Notes under the pieces: generated by a model
Told to the model about the DNA's origin: nothing
Databases searched by the model: none
What the model saw: the letters and a program-made list of their open reading frames with translations, nothing else
In this document: one piece after another, positions 13,754 to 25,490 of the stretch
Layout: each line of letters opens with the position of its first letter
Position numbering within the stretch: position 1 is the first letter of the stretch
Translations under genes and position numbers: made by a program
Source of the DNA: Convolutriloba macropyga
Taxonomy: Eukaryota
Reading direction: 5' to 3'
DNA length: 64,000 bases
Assembly: GCF_964194025.1 (NCBI RefSeq)
Contig: NC_134476.1
Location: forward strand, 12,896,001-12,960,000

Positions 13754-15286
13754 CTTGTACCAAGAACAATTAGAATAGATCAAACTAGATGTTTAATGGG
13801 TAAAATTTAAGAATTTTGTCCCGAAAAAAAATAGAACCCATATATACGCTCCTGTACATGATCAGAGAGCAAAAGGTCTTGTTGAACGTCTCATTTGAAC
13901 TACGAAACGACAATTATCATGTATAAAAACACATTTAAATTTAAAAAATTCAACTTACAACAATGCTAAAACATGCATGCAATCAATCACAAATTGAGAA
14001 TTACTAAACAGAAATCAACTAATATTACACCATTTGAAGCACATTTTGGCAGAAAGTATAATACACCAGCATCCAATACAGCAAATCTAATACAACAAAT
14101 CAAATAGTAAAAATTATAATTAAAACAAAAAATTAAAAAATTAGACAGATACAATCCCAGGCCACGCATATTTAATTGACGAACAGTGGGCAGACACCGG
14201 AATGTGTTCAAAAGTGGAAATCGAAAAAGTTATTCGTGGCGCGAACGGTCGAGCTCACAAACAAGAGCTACAAGACGAAGAAAACAGACTAATGTGGTCA
14301 GTCGGGATGTCGCGGCCCATCCCACGTACGGAAAGAGGTATTCGGGTTACATTAGCTCGCAAAATCCACGCTGGACATAGAAAAAAGAAAAATCTAGATG
14401 GGCTGTATGAGATGTTGAGACATGGCAAAACCATGAGCAAAGTGAGCTCAGCAACAAGTGTAATAAAAGAACCGAATAAGCCAGAAGTGCGAGTGCGCAA
14501 CTCAGATATTGCGAAATTCGGAAAAAAGCATGAACGAAATACCTGGTTGAAAAGATTTCGGAATCAAAATCACAAAAGGGACCTCTTCAGAAAAGATTTC
14601 GGAAGTAAGAAAATTAAGTGCTCTAAGAAACAATCCGACGATGTTAGTGTAATCTCCTCGGATCTTTCTTGCATTTCAGCGGCGAGTATCGTGGCAAGAG
14701 CTCTCAAAATGCGTATTCCAAGGCGAAACCTAAAACACGATGAAACATTCAAGAGCAGACCTTATCTCACAAATATTGCATTTTAGTCCAATTCAACCAA
14801 TTGCAGCTCCACCAAATCATCCATCCTCGTCAGGAAAATCCGCAACGCAATGAACCCCCAACCTTAGAAAAGAGAAACGCACACTACAAAATAGTGACAC
14901 ATCTGACTCGAAAACTAAAAAAGCAACAAAAAGATACCAATCACCAAACACAGACGATAATCCAGGACATTCAACAAACACACGGTTAGTCGGCCGAATT
15001 ACCTATCACTGAAACGACATTCATTGGATCATCATCACCAAGAAATCAATGCGAACTTTGGAAAGTTCATCCAAATCCCACTATTCCCATAGAAAGGGAA
15101 ATGACCATACTGGAAGCCGAACAAAAACTATCAGACAATTTAGAATAAAACTCTGTATCAAAGCTCAGCAAACTTCATATAACTATTTAAAAAATTACTA
15201 TTTTACTACTATTTAACCGGTGAATAAGTATCACCTTTCTGATTTTATTCATTATAATCTTCATTATTTCTGTTCACAAAGGGAAA

Positions 15287-15882
15287 TGCCATACGGACTG
15301 GATATTTGTTCTGAAATCATACATTACCGTATTTCGTTTAAACCTATTTTCTTTATCTTCAAGGGCATCTAACTACTTTAGATTCTGCGTGATCACTTTA
15401 TGATTTCTTTCACTTCCTTTCTGAATTTATGAAATGCCACGATTCATTACTACTTAGCAAATTGGGCAATTGCGGTGCGATTGCCACTTTATTAAGTTAG
15501 ATTTTGAGATTTTGAAATTGGCTTCCAAGTTTGGGAATTCGCGACGCGAATGGCTAGTTTACTTTCTGAGATTACTTTTGAAATGCAAGTTGCTAATTTT
15601 AAATTGCAACTGATTTTGAGACACAAATGAGACTATCAAATGAAAATGTACAAATTATCTCATTTGTGTTCCTCAAAATCAGTGCAACTTAAAATTAGCA
15701 AATTGCTTTTCAAAAGTAATCTCAGAAAGTAAACTAGCCATTCGCGTTGCGAACTCCCAATCTTGAAAGCCAATTTCAAAATCAAACTTAATAAAGTGGC
15801 AATCGCAGCGCAATTGCCCAATTTGCTAAGTAGTTATCAATCGTGGCACAACTGACCAAAGATAGAATTCAGCAGTACAACA
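15287..15882 (+). repeat. 3' LTR of Gypsy A, containing an internal ~200-bp-arm inverted repeat
   Basis: Starts TGCCATACGGACTGGATATTTGTTCTGAAA and ends CAGCAGTACAACA; ~15435-15633 is the reverse complement of ~15658-15848. Confidence 0.93.
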
Positions 15883-15969
15883 TAGCTCTCACGTTCTTTC
15901 TTCATCGTACACTACCAATGGCAACAGAAACCAGCTATATGAAAATTTAACTTTTGTTAGCGTCAAAAG

Positions 15970-16301
15970 AATTGCTCTTGAACGACAGGCGGGTGGAAAA
16001 ATATTTGACCCCGCCGCGGTTCGAACCACTGAACTCCGATCTTTAACCAGATGCACTGCCTACTCGACTACCAGGCCCTACTTTTTAATATGCTGCAACC
16101 GATTTTATATTAGCAAAAAGCTTTACTTCGGAGTAAGAGCAATAGAGATCACTCAAAAATGAAGAACGAAAGCGTGAAAAAGTCACTTGAAAAGTCAAAG
16201 AATGTTCTAGAAGAAAGGCGCAAAATGGTCAAGCAAAAAATTCGCATAAAAAAGACCAACACTTTTACAATAATTGCTATGAACTTCGTTCAAGAGCAAT
16301 T
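15970..16301. mobile_element. Non-autonomous Helentron-like (HINE-type) element with tRNA-derived interior
   Basis: Perfect 16-bp inverted repeats AATTGCTCTTGAACGA (15970-15985) and TCGTTCAAGAGCAATT (16286-16301); terminal hairpin AATTGCTATGAAC-TTC-GTTCAAGAGCAATT. Family assignment is inferred from structure. Confidence 0.7.
16006..16077 (-). repeat. tRNA-derived (SINE-head-like) segment
   Basis: Minus strand reads GGCCTGG TAGTCGAGTAGG (A box) ... GGTTCGAACC (B box) GCGGCGGGGTCA, followed by TTTTT. T-arm and acceptor stem are imperfect. Confidence 0.7.
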
Positions 16302-16661
16302 AATTAACTATTTTACGGGGCTTTATATAGATTAAAAAACGAAGTTCTCACACTGCCTCTAACGTAGTATCATTACCAACACTTCAGGAAATTCAAGAAT
16401 TCTTACTTTTTTAATATAAATGGCAAGGTAGCAGTTAAATTCATTTTCTTTGTTTCCGCCACCTGCAATTGGACTTGATTGTACATAAGAGAACAAAGTT
16501 TCATAACCATAAATTTTTGATGAACTGAAGGAACATTTGATATATGTCAAATGGAATTAATACTCGTCTCGATCGTGAGAAGTTCAATCTAATTACCTCA
16601 CTAAAACAGTTGATACTACAAAAACAACCTTCAAACAAACCTTGAAATGAAACAAAAGGAA

Positions 16662-17102
16662 TCAAGATAATTCAGTAATTTGATTGTTTGACTCAAGTTT
16701 AGGTGTGTGACGTTTCTTTCTGTTCCGACATCTAGATTTTACTGAACTGTTTTCCTGTTCATCTCGCGTTTGCTTAAGAACTGAATTCATAGAATGCCGA
16801 GGCTGCAAGAACTTCATTTTCTTGTTTTCTCTTGCCTGCAATCTTTCTTGCTTACGCCTCTCAATTTTTTTGAGCAGCTTCTCTTTTCGTTTCTCAAACG
16901 CAGGATTCGAGACAGGTACATCAAGCAGACCTTCTTTGGATTTCAGGGCTGCCAGTTTATCGAGATCTGCCTTTCCGGGATCTTCTGAATGATTTTGGGG
17001 TTGATTAGATTCTGTAAGAAAGGTGGGTTTCTTTAGGACCAATGTTGCGTTGTGTAAATACAACAAGGGGAGATGACATTTCTCAATAATATCTTGTAAT
17101 AC
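16662..17102 (-). CDS. UTP23: rRNA-processing protein UTP23 homolog, exon 2
   Basis: TTTTCAG acceptor, phase 0; VLQDIIEKCHLPLLYLHNATLVLKKP aligns to the UTP23 PGVPL..VLxKP region; basic C-terminal tail. Confidence 0.88.
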   Translation of the reverse strand, partial: VLQDIIEKCHLPLLYLHNATLVLKKPTFLTESNQPQNHSEDPGKADLDKLAALKSKEGLLDVPVSNPAFEKRKEKLLKKIERRKQERLQARENKKMKFLQPRHSMNSVLKQTRDEQENSSVKSRCRNRKKRHTPKLESNNQITELS

Positions 17103-17649
17103 CTGAAAAAATGAATTGTTAATAATTTGTAACGTACTATTGGATAGTTCAGCAATAAATGTAGCATTAGCTAATTTTCAAACTAGCCAGCACTTTTTTG
17201 CTTAACCAAGCCTACTGAATGCTCAATTTATGCAAAATGCATTTTCATAATATACGGTACACAATGTTCATTTTTCGGATTTTCAAACACCGTCGTTCGG
17301 ATTAGAAGATGAACCCAGTTGAAAGAGCACATAATTTATCTAAATTCACTTCACGGTTATATTGATTTCATGTAATTTTCACACCAGAAGCTTGTACATA
17401 TATATTATTATATTTGTGAATATGTAAGCATTTAGTCTCACGTTCACTGCTAACATTGAAAATTGAAACCTATAATCAGCACTTTACATTTGACTTTCAG
17501 TAGCAAACTGCCGCCAATTGAAAGAGCATTCCAGAAGGTTCTTGAACAAATTCTGACTAAAAAAGACATGACAGTAAAGATGAGCCAACTAATCGAGAGA
17601 GGCAACTAATCAATACCACTTTTGCTACGGAGAGAACACCGTTTCCTAC

Positions 17650-18045
17650 TTTGTCTTGAGTTGCATAAATGTATTTCGTCTCTTCGTCTTCCGCCAAATT
17701 CTTCAAGCATGTTACAGCTCCTTTTAGCTTCTTCCTACTATGAGCGCATTTGACCACTGAGAACTGCTTCAAAATATGAAGAGCTCCGAAAAAGTAAGAG
17801 CCCAATTTTTCTAATTCTTTGATCACACATTTTGTTGTACACAACTCCATTGCACCACTCGTATTGTAGGAGGCCTCAGGGGTTACTCCAAAATAGGAAG
17901 GAATTTGTTCAGACAAATTTACTTTGTGGTTGAGCGCAGCCATAGTTAGGGTTCCGTCCAAAACAACTTTGTAAGGTGGTTCGATGCCAATTTGTTTGAA
18001 GGCTTTCAAAATGCCCTTGACCTTTTTCTGCCTCTTGTATTTCAT
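17650..18045 (-). CDS. UTP23: rRNA-processing protein UTP23 homolog (PIN-like Fcf1/Utp23 family), exon 1; spliced product about 278 aa
   Basis: MKYKRQK...EPPYKVVLDGT...CTTKCVIKELEKLG...CAH...YIYATQD; GTAGG donor at 17649. Confidence 0.92.
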
Positions 18046-18663
18046 GATTTAATCTGAAACGAAAAGGCAGAAATGGAGGATTTAAGATTAAACTAATTAA
18101 GAACATGCAAAACTTTTACTTGGTCGTATTGCTAATTTGTTCTAGAAACTTTTTCAGCTATAAACCGAGAAGTTTGCCCAGTAATCACTATTTTTCTCAT
18201 GTGTTGCTTGTTAAATACTGCAAAATTTGAAGTCACTGAAATAATCGCGCTCATGTCAAAATGTATGCACGTGATGGTCGCACTGAGCACAAAATTTTCA
18301 GTCTACAGATTATATTCTGGTGCATATCCAACGATGAGGTCTAGACATTACCTCACGCAGGCTTTTTGACTTTCTCATGACTAAGCACTGGTCTGCGTGG
18401 AAAAAATTGAGGGTATTAGGTATTTTGCTAATTGGAACATTGAACAAAAATTGAAATATTTTGAATCAGGGTTAAGATCGCGCAATTTGAAATGTGTACT
18501 GAAATTGAGCAATTTGAAATTGAGTGTCCAATGGCACCAAAACAATTACGCTATGTTTAAATATAAACAGTACTTAGAAACTAAAAAAGAATGACTTCGA
18601 ATTCCAATATATCAAAATGTTTGCAAAAAAAATAGAATCTAAACAACCGAATAACGTCTGAAG

Positions 18664-18999
18664 AATTGCTCTCGAACGACCAGTGGGAGCTGTAATCATG
18701 GCTACTTCTTTCAGTCGGGGGTGCGGTTGCAGCCTGAGTGGGACTAAGAAGTTCACTGTGAGGCTTTCTATGACGTCATTGGAGGTCATTATATACCACT
18801 ATTAAGATTTAAATTCAAAATAACACAATTTCGTCGCTTTTTTCAGTTGACTTTTAGTATTAAATTGCCGCCAATCAAGATGAACTGCTCGAAACCGCGA
18901 AAAATTTAGATCACGCAAAACACAAAAGTCAAGGGCTTAAAAGTCACTCGGAAAGTCAAACGGTCAAGCAATTTGCATAGACACACGTTTACAATAATT
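18664..18999. mobile_element. HINE-like family copy
   Basis: Starts AATTGCTCTCGAACGAC; shares the AGATCACGCAAAA...AAAAGTCACTCG...TTTGCATA...TTTACAATAATT 3' block. Confidence 0.65.
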
Positions 19000-19175
19000 T
19001 TTGGTACCTTTTGAAAACAAAACTTCACGCAGCTGGCTGATTCCTCGTCAAAATATGGGACATGTTCAAGGTAGAGAAAATTGGCCTGAATTTCAAATAT
19101 TTTTTAAAAATCAAACAGCACATCTTCAACACTTTTGTTCAGCAATACAAAAAATAAACCAACAATCATCGAATG

Positions 19176-19527
19176 AATTGCTCTCGGACGCCAGGTCGGG
19201 CACTTTCTTTTAGAGGGTGAAGTTGAGAAATTTTTTATGACTGCAAAAAGATTACACTTAGGGGTCTCAAACTCAAAACCTGTTTACAGTTTACTAAATA
19301 ACCACTAAGTTAAACCAGCTTTGCCACTTTCTGGATTAAAATCGCTTTAATTTTAGCAAGACTTAATCTCAGAATAACGGCAATTATCTACGCAAATCAC
19401 GTCAACATTAACAAGTCAAGCGTGAAAAAATCACTTGGGCGCGAATAATGATCCAGAACAAACGCTTAAAATAGGTCCAGCAAAAAATTTGCATAAAAAC
19501 ACGTTTACAATAATTGCTTTAAACTTT
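19176..19527. mobile_element. HINE-like family copy
   Basis: AATTGCTCTCGGACG start; AAAAATTTGCATAAAAACACGTTTACAATAATTGCTTTAAACTT end. Confidence 0.6.
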
Positions 19528-20271
19528 TAAGGTATGCTAGTCTAAAATATTTACCACTCGGCTATCCGTGTCTCGGCATTTCTTATCCTACAGTAGCTTT
19601 TGTTATACAATCAAACAAATGTGAATAAAAGTAAAATAGATCACGCAAATAAAAATCAAGAAGTCAAGCGTGAATAAATAACCCGAAAAGTGAAATCGAA
19701 AGAACGCTCACAAAAAACTATTAAGGAAAAATCAAATCAAAGAATATTACCGTCAAATTTCATGGCAGCAAAAAAAACTTAATTCAAAAATCCTAATTAA
19801 ACATTATACGCTTTCCATGCTTTTTAACAATACCAGTGACAACTTTCTGTTGTAGACAGATCGATAGGCCAAAACTGAATGAGCAGAAGGAACTTGTTGG
19901 GCTTATATTTCTCCCCTAGTTGTGTCGAACAACAATTGGTACATATCTTGCAGACTTAATGCGTTAAGCGATAAGTTTACAAACAGAAAGCAATTTTTTT
20001 TTACAAATCGATTGTTAATTTCAGCTAAGCTGATTCGTCAGTAGTTTTTATTTTAAAACCAGCCTTTTATTCATGCTACGACTATTCCTGTCAACAATTT
20101 AATTTTCTACTTAAACGGTCATTTTCTGCTTAAAAACGGAAATTTCAAACAAAGTTCTGCAATCTTATGACAGAACAAACTCTCAGAGTGCATATTGGAT
20201 ATCATAACAGTATTTAATACATTCAAACAGATGAGAAGCATTATTTCTATTAATATTTGCAACTTTTAACT

Positions 20272-20603
20272 TCATTGTGTAAGATATAAATCATTTTGAC
20301 AAATGTAGTCATTAACTTGATCCGGTACTAGGTACTTAGCAGTGCTCCCTTTGGAAATCAAATCTCTAACTAAGGTCGAGCTGACATCATTGACTGAATC
20401 TGCCTGGACGAATAGAATGTTGTCCTTGTGCTTGGAAACTACAGGGTGCTGGGATAGGAGGGAGGTGGCATCGTAACCCTTTCTCTGGATACAGACTATA
20501 CCGTGGGTTCCCAAGATGTTGTCCAAATGCTGATGTGACCAGAGATCTGGAGTGTTGAAGGACAGCAGGAGGTCAGTGCCACAGAGCAGCCGACAGTTGA
20601 TGC
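20272..20603 (-). CDS. NMNAT: Nicotinamide/nicotinate mononucleotide adenylyltransferase, exon 3
   Basis: CTTTCAG acceptor, phase 1; LLCGTDLLLSF..PDLW, GIVCIQRKG, NDVSSTLVR, KYLVPDQVNDYI..NDLY. Confidence 0.95.
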
Positions 20604-21170
20604 CTGAAAGAGGAGCCCTGATCAATTTGTAAATAAAAAGAACAGAGAAACAGAGCGAAGTCGGTTACATCGACTTTCAAAAGATAATAGGAAACAAAGA
20701 ATAGAACGGAAAATAAATGGCAAAGTTCGACCCAAATCTGAAGAACAAATTTCTCCAAATTGAATTAGATTTATTACACATTTAAGCGGAAGTTATGAAC
20801 GCAAATAAAAGGTGTCAAGAGGACCCACATAGTATCTACCCCATAACGAAGATTATTCTTTGTAGAATGAAAATCAAATAGGAAAACAAAATTAACTTTC
20901 CCATGCATTTTCTTCCAACCCTGAAGAAAATAAATTCTAACTACAAACTACATGCTTAACAGACAAACAGTAGCATTTAATCAATGACGCAAACATGACA
21001 GAACGATGTTAGAGCAACACTAACTTTCTGAAAATTTGAAAAGTAAAAAAATAATTTCAAATCAACTAAAAATGCCAGAGGGCTAAAAGTTTTAACTTGA
21101 GCCAAGGACAACTAAGGTGTCCACTTTTTCTCGACACCAAAATTCAAACATAACCGACAAACGTCGGCCG

Positions 21171-21574
21171 AATTGCTCTCAGACGACCGATTGGCTTCGT
21201 CAGTAGCTGGCCACGGTTTAGTGAGGCTAGCTTTAGATTAATCGAAGGGGCGTAAGGTGAGCGCAGCGGGGGTGCAAAAGCGGATTGGGGGGACTGATGC
21301 GGGGGCGGTGCGTGGGTGGTGTGTGGGAGCAATTTCTAAGAACCGCCCTTCATACCATAAGTATAAGTCTCCAAAACTGTTTCTGTTACCCGCATACTTG
21401 AAGACTAGTGGGCTGAACGGCTCTAAGAGAACTTAATGCAAACTGGGCGCTACCTCTTTATTCCGTTTCTGAAGACGAAAGTCAAATTTGTCCGACGAAA
21501 AATCGGCCGAGCCGAAAATTGCATAAGAGACAAACAGGATTAACATTTGCTACAAACTGCTTCTGAGAGCAATT
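21171..21574. mobile_element. HINE-like family copy, G-rich subfamily (NMNAT intron 2)
   Basis: AATTGCTCTCAGA ... TCTGAGAGCAATT inverted termini; interior shared with 22540-22860 and 24130-24633. Confidence 0.7.
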
Positions 21575-22539
21575 CACAATGATTTCAACAATGATTTAAA
21601 AAGTGCCTGTTAAGTCAATTATGATAAGAACATTTTTACTTTAACTCATTGTTATTGAGGATCAGAGATGATGACATCACGCCACATAACAGCAGCNNNN
21701 NNNNNNNNNNNNNNNNNNNNNNNNNNNNNNNNNNNNNNNNNNNNNNNNNNNNNNNNNNNNNNNNNNNNNNNNNNNNNNNNNNNNNNNNNNNNNNNNNNNN
21801 NNNNNNNNNNNNNNNNNNNNNNNNNNNNNNNNNNNNNNNNNNNNNNNNNNNNNNNNAGAAGAAAAGAAACCCTAAACGACAGATACAGAAAGAGATAAAT
21901 ATTTTCCATGATGAGATACGGCTCTACAACTTCTAGTTTTCTAGCCTTTTTAGTAAATAAATCACATAGAAAAAAAACTAACAAGGCAAAATTAAAAAAG
22001 TTTTCAACTTCGCAGTACATAAAAACTTCGAAGTCATTTTTTGCCTCGAAAGTTCCGTTAGGGAACCCATCTCCGAGACTTAGAAAGATTTGTTGGCCAG
22101 TAATGATCGTTAAACTCAGAAAAGGACACGAAATATTGAAAAAAATTTAAAAACAAAAGCAAAATTTAACAAAATCTTGCCAAAATTCGTGATATTAATA
22201 TCTTCAGAAACATTTCATTGTCTCAAGAGACTATCGAGTATCTCTGTTTCAAGCCTGAAATAGTTTCACTGGCTCATAAACTCTACAAACAATGCAGAAG
22301 CTTATTATCAAACCTTGGAGGAGGTCCCAGGGCCCCTGGTGACGGAAAAAATCGAAAACATGAAAATGCAAAAAGCTTAAAAAATTGCTTAAATTTGTAA
22401 TAACGAAATCTTGAAAAACATTCCATTATCTATTAAGTATGCAGTAACATATTATCAAACCCTAGAGAAAATTCCGTGGCTTTTGAGGCCAGAGAAACTT
22501 AAAAAAGACAAAAATTGCAAGCTTTTTTAAAAGAAATTG

Positions 22540-22860
22540 TGGGGGCAACAGTGGGGCGGGGGTAACAGGGCGGGCGGGGGGGGGGGGGGGAGTAATAGTG
22601 GTGGGGGGTCAACAGCGGAGGGGTCTTCAACCTTTAAGAACCGCCCTTCACACCATAAGTAGAAGTCTCCAAAACAGTTTGAGTGGAAACACAGCTGAAA
22701 AGTTCTAAGAGCACTTAATGCCCACTGGGCGCTACCTGTTTATCCCGTTTTTGAGGAGGAAAAGTCAAAAGCGTCAGATGAAAAATCCGTCAAGCAAAAA
22801 ATCGCATAAAAAGACCGACAGGACTAATAGAATTGCTATAAACTTCGTTTGATGGCAATT
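22540..22860. mobile_element. HINE-like family copy, G-rich subfamily, 5'-truncated
   Basis: AAGAACCGCCCTTCACACCATAAGT...CTGGGCGCTACCTG...AATTGCTATAAACTTCGTTTGATGGCAATT. Confidence 0.65.
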
Positions 22861-24129
22861 AAAAATATATTCCAGTAACTTAAATTTTGCGCAAAATACG
22901 ATTCCATGACATGGTGATAAAAAATAGAAACTCGCAAAATCGACGCAACAATTCGCTCTTCCACCGGAACAGAGTTACGTCTGAGGACATTACAAATTAA
23001 AGCATCTGAATGTAATATACGGCCTTTCAATTTTTCGTTTCAAAATTGGCTCACAAAGTAGATTCAGGATTGACCTTTAGTATTTTTGGAACAATCTAAT
23101 AAGTATTTAAGAACGGTTCACAAAGCACCTTTTTAGAGATCGAACAAGCTCAGTAATATGTAACAAAAAGACGGTGAGCAGATTGTTGTTGATAAATGTC
23201 ATCGCCGAGATGCGTTCTTTTGCTAAAAATATAAATTTTATATTTTTGGAGAAGATCGATAAGGCTTAACGCATAAACAGAAGAGCATCCATTCACCGAA
23301 ACACCAGCTGAAATTCAATATTGGTTATATAATATTGAATGGGTCATTGTCGGGCACCGCAGCAACGTCTTTTTTGCAACGATCCCAAATAGTCCGATTA
23401 GCTTTGAATTAATTTCAATTTTATTAAATTTATTCTATTTATTTCAATCACGACGTCTATATTTCTGTCTCAAAATCTAAAAGAGACAACCAAATACTTG
23501 CAAACAGGCTGTTTCAAAACTTGAACAACGATGAGAAAGTTGAAATAAGGCACTTAATTAAGTCGTACAGTTTTCTGTGATTGAGCACAAATTTATTGAG
23601 AGTTAGCAAGTTTCCTATCGAATCGGAATCCTTTTGCATTGGTAGTTTTTCCAATGACAGTTACATTAGAGCCATCAACGAGGACGATGTAATCCTCCAG
23701 ACGCTATATCAGCGGAAGTCAGTTAGGTACGAGCACCAATAATGGACTCGGAATTGAACCTTTTGTGACCCAACGTTCATTTTCACCCATAAGGATAAAC
23801 CATTTATATTAAACCGTTCTTTTCTCTCATCTAAGTATGATTCAAACCACCCTCATGCCTTTCCGCATAGGTCACATAAATTTTCAAGAACAATCTCGAA
23901 TTAAATTGTACCAAATGCTTCCTTAAGGACAGGAAAAACTAGTCATTTCCAATAAATTTTAGACGAATCTTGTTTAAAAAAACAAGAACATCAATGGTAC
24001 CGTGGCGCTTTCTGAAGTCTTATTGGATTGAAGGAGGTGAAGTTTATCCAGTCAACTGTAAACTAGACTGAACATGGATAGCCTTTTCGAATATTCCAAA
24101 AAATAGAAAACAACCGACTAACGTCGGGC

Positions 24130-24633
24130 GAATAGCTCGCAAACAATTGACGAGCTAGCTGTTGGCTTCGTCAGCAGCTAGCCACGGTTTATTGAGACTA
24201 GCTTTAGCTTAGAGGAAGGGGCGTGAGGTGATCGCAACGGGGGGCAACAGTTGGGGGGGGGGGGCACCGGTGGGAGGGGGGTCTTTGGCTGCACGGGGCC
24301 CCTGCGGCCTAAACGATGTGCACAGGTGGGGATGGGGGGGGGGTTGAAATAAGGGGGAGGGGCTTGCTGTGGGAGGGGGGGGGGGGGTTAACCTACAGAA
24401 ATCGCCCTTAACACCATAAGTAGATGTCTTCAAAACAGTTTCTGCTCGCATACTTGGAGACGAGTGAGCTGAAAGGCTCTAAGAGAACTTAATGCCCGCT
24501 GGGCGCTACCTGTTTACTCTGTTTTTGAGGATGAAAAGTCAAATGGGTCAAGCGAATAATCGGTGAGGAGAAAAATCGCATAAAAGAGACCAATAGGACT
24601 AATATAATGGCTTAACTTCTTTTGAGGGCAATT
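24130..24633. mobile_element. HINE-like family copy, G-rich subfamily
   Basis: Aligns to 21150-21574, including the upstream AACCGAC..ACGTCGG flank; ends GAGGGCAATTAAAAA. Confidence 0.65.
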
Positions 24634-25182
24634 AAAAAAACATACCCGGCAGATTGCCGGAAAATAGCCGCCGTTGATTCCAATAAGCATGATTGGGATT
24701 GAAATAACAGAAGATATTGAAAAAAAAAGATTTTTGTACAAAAACATTTTTTTAAGTCCGATTTATTTTGATGGCATTTCGTAGTTGAACACACTTCTGT
24801 TTCATAGAGAGAGGCTACAGGGGCTACTATCAATAACAATAAGCATTAGAGATGGTAAATAAGACTTATAGGAACGACGTTCAAATAGCGGGCATCTAAA
24901 ATTGGGCTTTATGGGTTTATCCCGCTTCTATTTCTGACTTCAATTTTTTATACTGATTCTGTTCATTTTGAATTGCTCTGCTGAGCAACTGATGTTCAAA
25001 ATCACTTTTAGCAGAATGAGAGAAGAGAGAAACTAGCCTAGAGAAGTCAAAAAGATTTCACGCAAAATGTTGAAAAGGCGGCAAAATAAGGTAAAGCGAA
25101 ACATTTTTTAATTCGACGAAGTAAAAAACATAGCAGGACAAGTCCTGACTAACAATTCAAAGAATTTTCATTGACTAAACAG

Positions 25183-25490
25183 AAAAACTAGACCTAGAAT
25201 GGACTATGAGTGAATTGAGAAAACCATTTTTAAAAAATCAGATAAAAAATAAGAAAAAAAAAACAAAATATCAATGTCAAAATGCCGCATGTGAACAAAA
25301 AAAACCACTAGCGAGAAATGAAAATTTCATTCAAACAAAAAACTAGGCCTTGAATGAGCTGTGAATGGATTGCGAAAACCATTTCGAAAAAAATCCGATC
25401 CAAAAAATCGAAAAAACAGTAAAAATCAGAGTGAAATTGCCGCATGTGAACAAAAAACCACTACAGAGAAACCGAATTTTTGTTCAAACA
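25183..25490 (+). repeat. Two diverged tandem copies of a ~155-170-bp unit
   Basis: AAAAACTAG.CCT.GAATG...GAAAACCATTT...GCCGCATGTGAACAAAAAA..CCACTA.. occurs twice. Confidence 0.7.

Larger units (their letters stand above)
9391..15882 (+). mobile_element. Ty3/Gypsy LTR retrotransposon A, degenerate
   Basis: TG...CA LTRs at 9391-9883 and 15287-15882; 5-bp TSD TAGCT (9386-9390, 15883-15887); PPT AAAGGGAAA at 15278-15286. Gag relic MAETALDLRK...; RT FLDDII ~11270; RNase H CDA/ELELLGV/TDHRAL at 11710-11925; integrase H..(H)..CxxC at ~13110-13220 lying after RNase H. Confidence 0.95.

Noticed and set aside
13678-13758. Hairpin ACAAGGTGAT-(TA)n-ATCACCTTGT
   Set aside because: It abuts an N gap and surrounds a self-complementary TA repeat, so it is most likely a contig-end artefact.
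16006-16077. Functional tRNA gene
   Set aside because: T-stem and acceptor stem pair poorly, the anticodon arm is irregular, and it sits inside a dispersed repeat.
17557-17649. C-terminal 30 aa of the 162-aa UTP23 ORF
   Set aside because: Intron read-through; homology continues in exon 2 after the GT donor at 17649.
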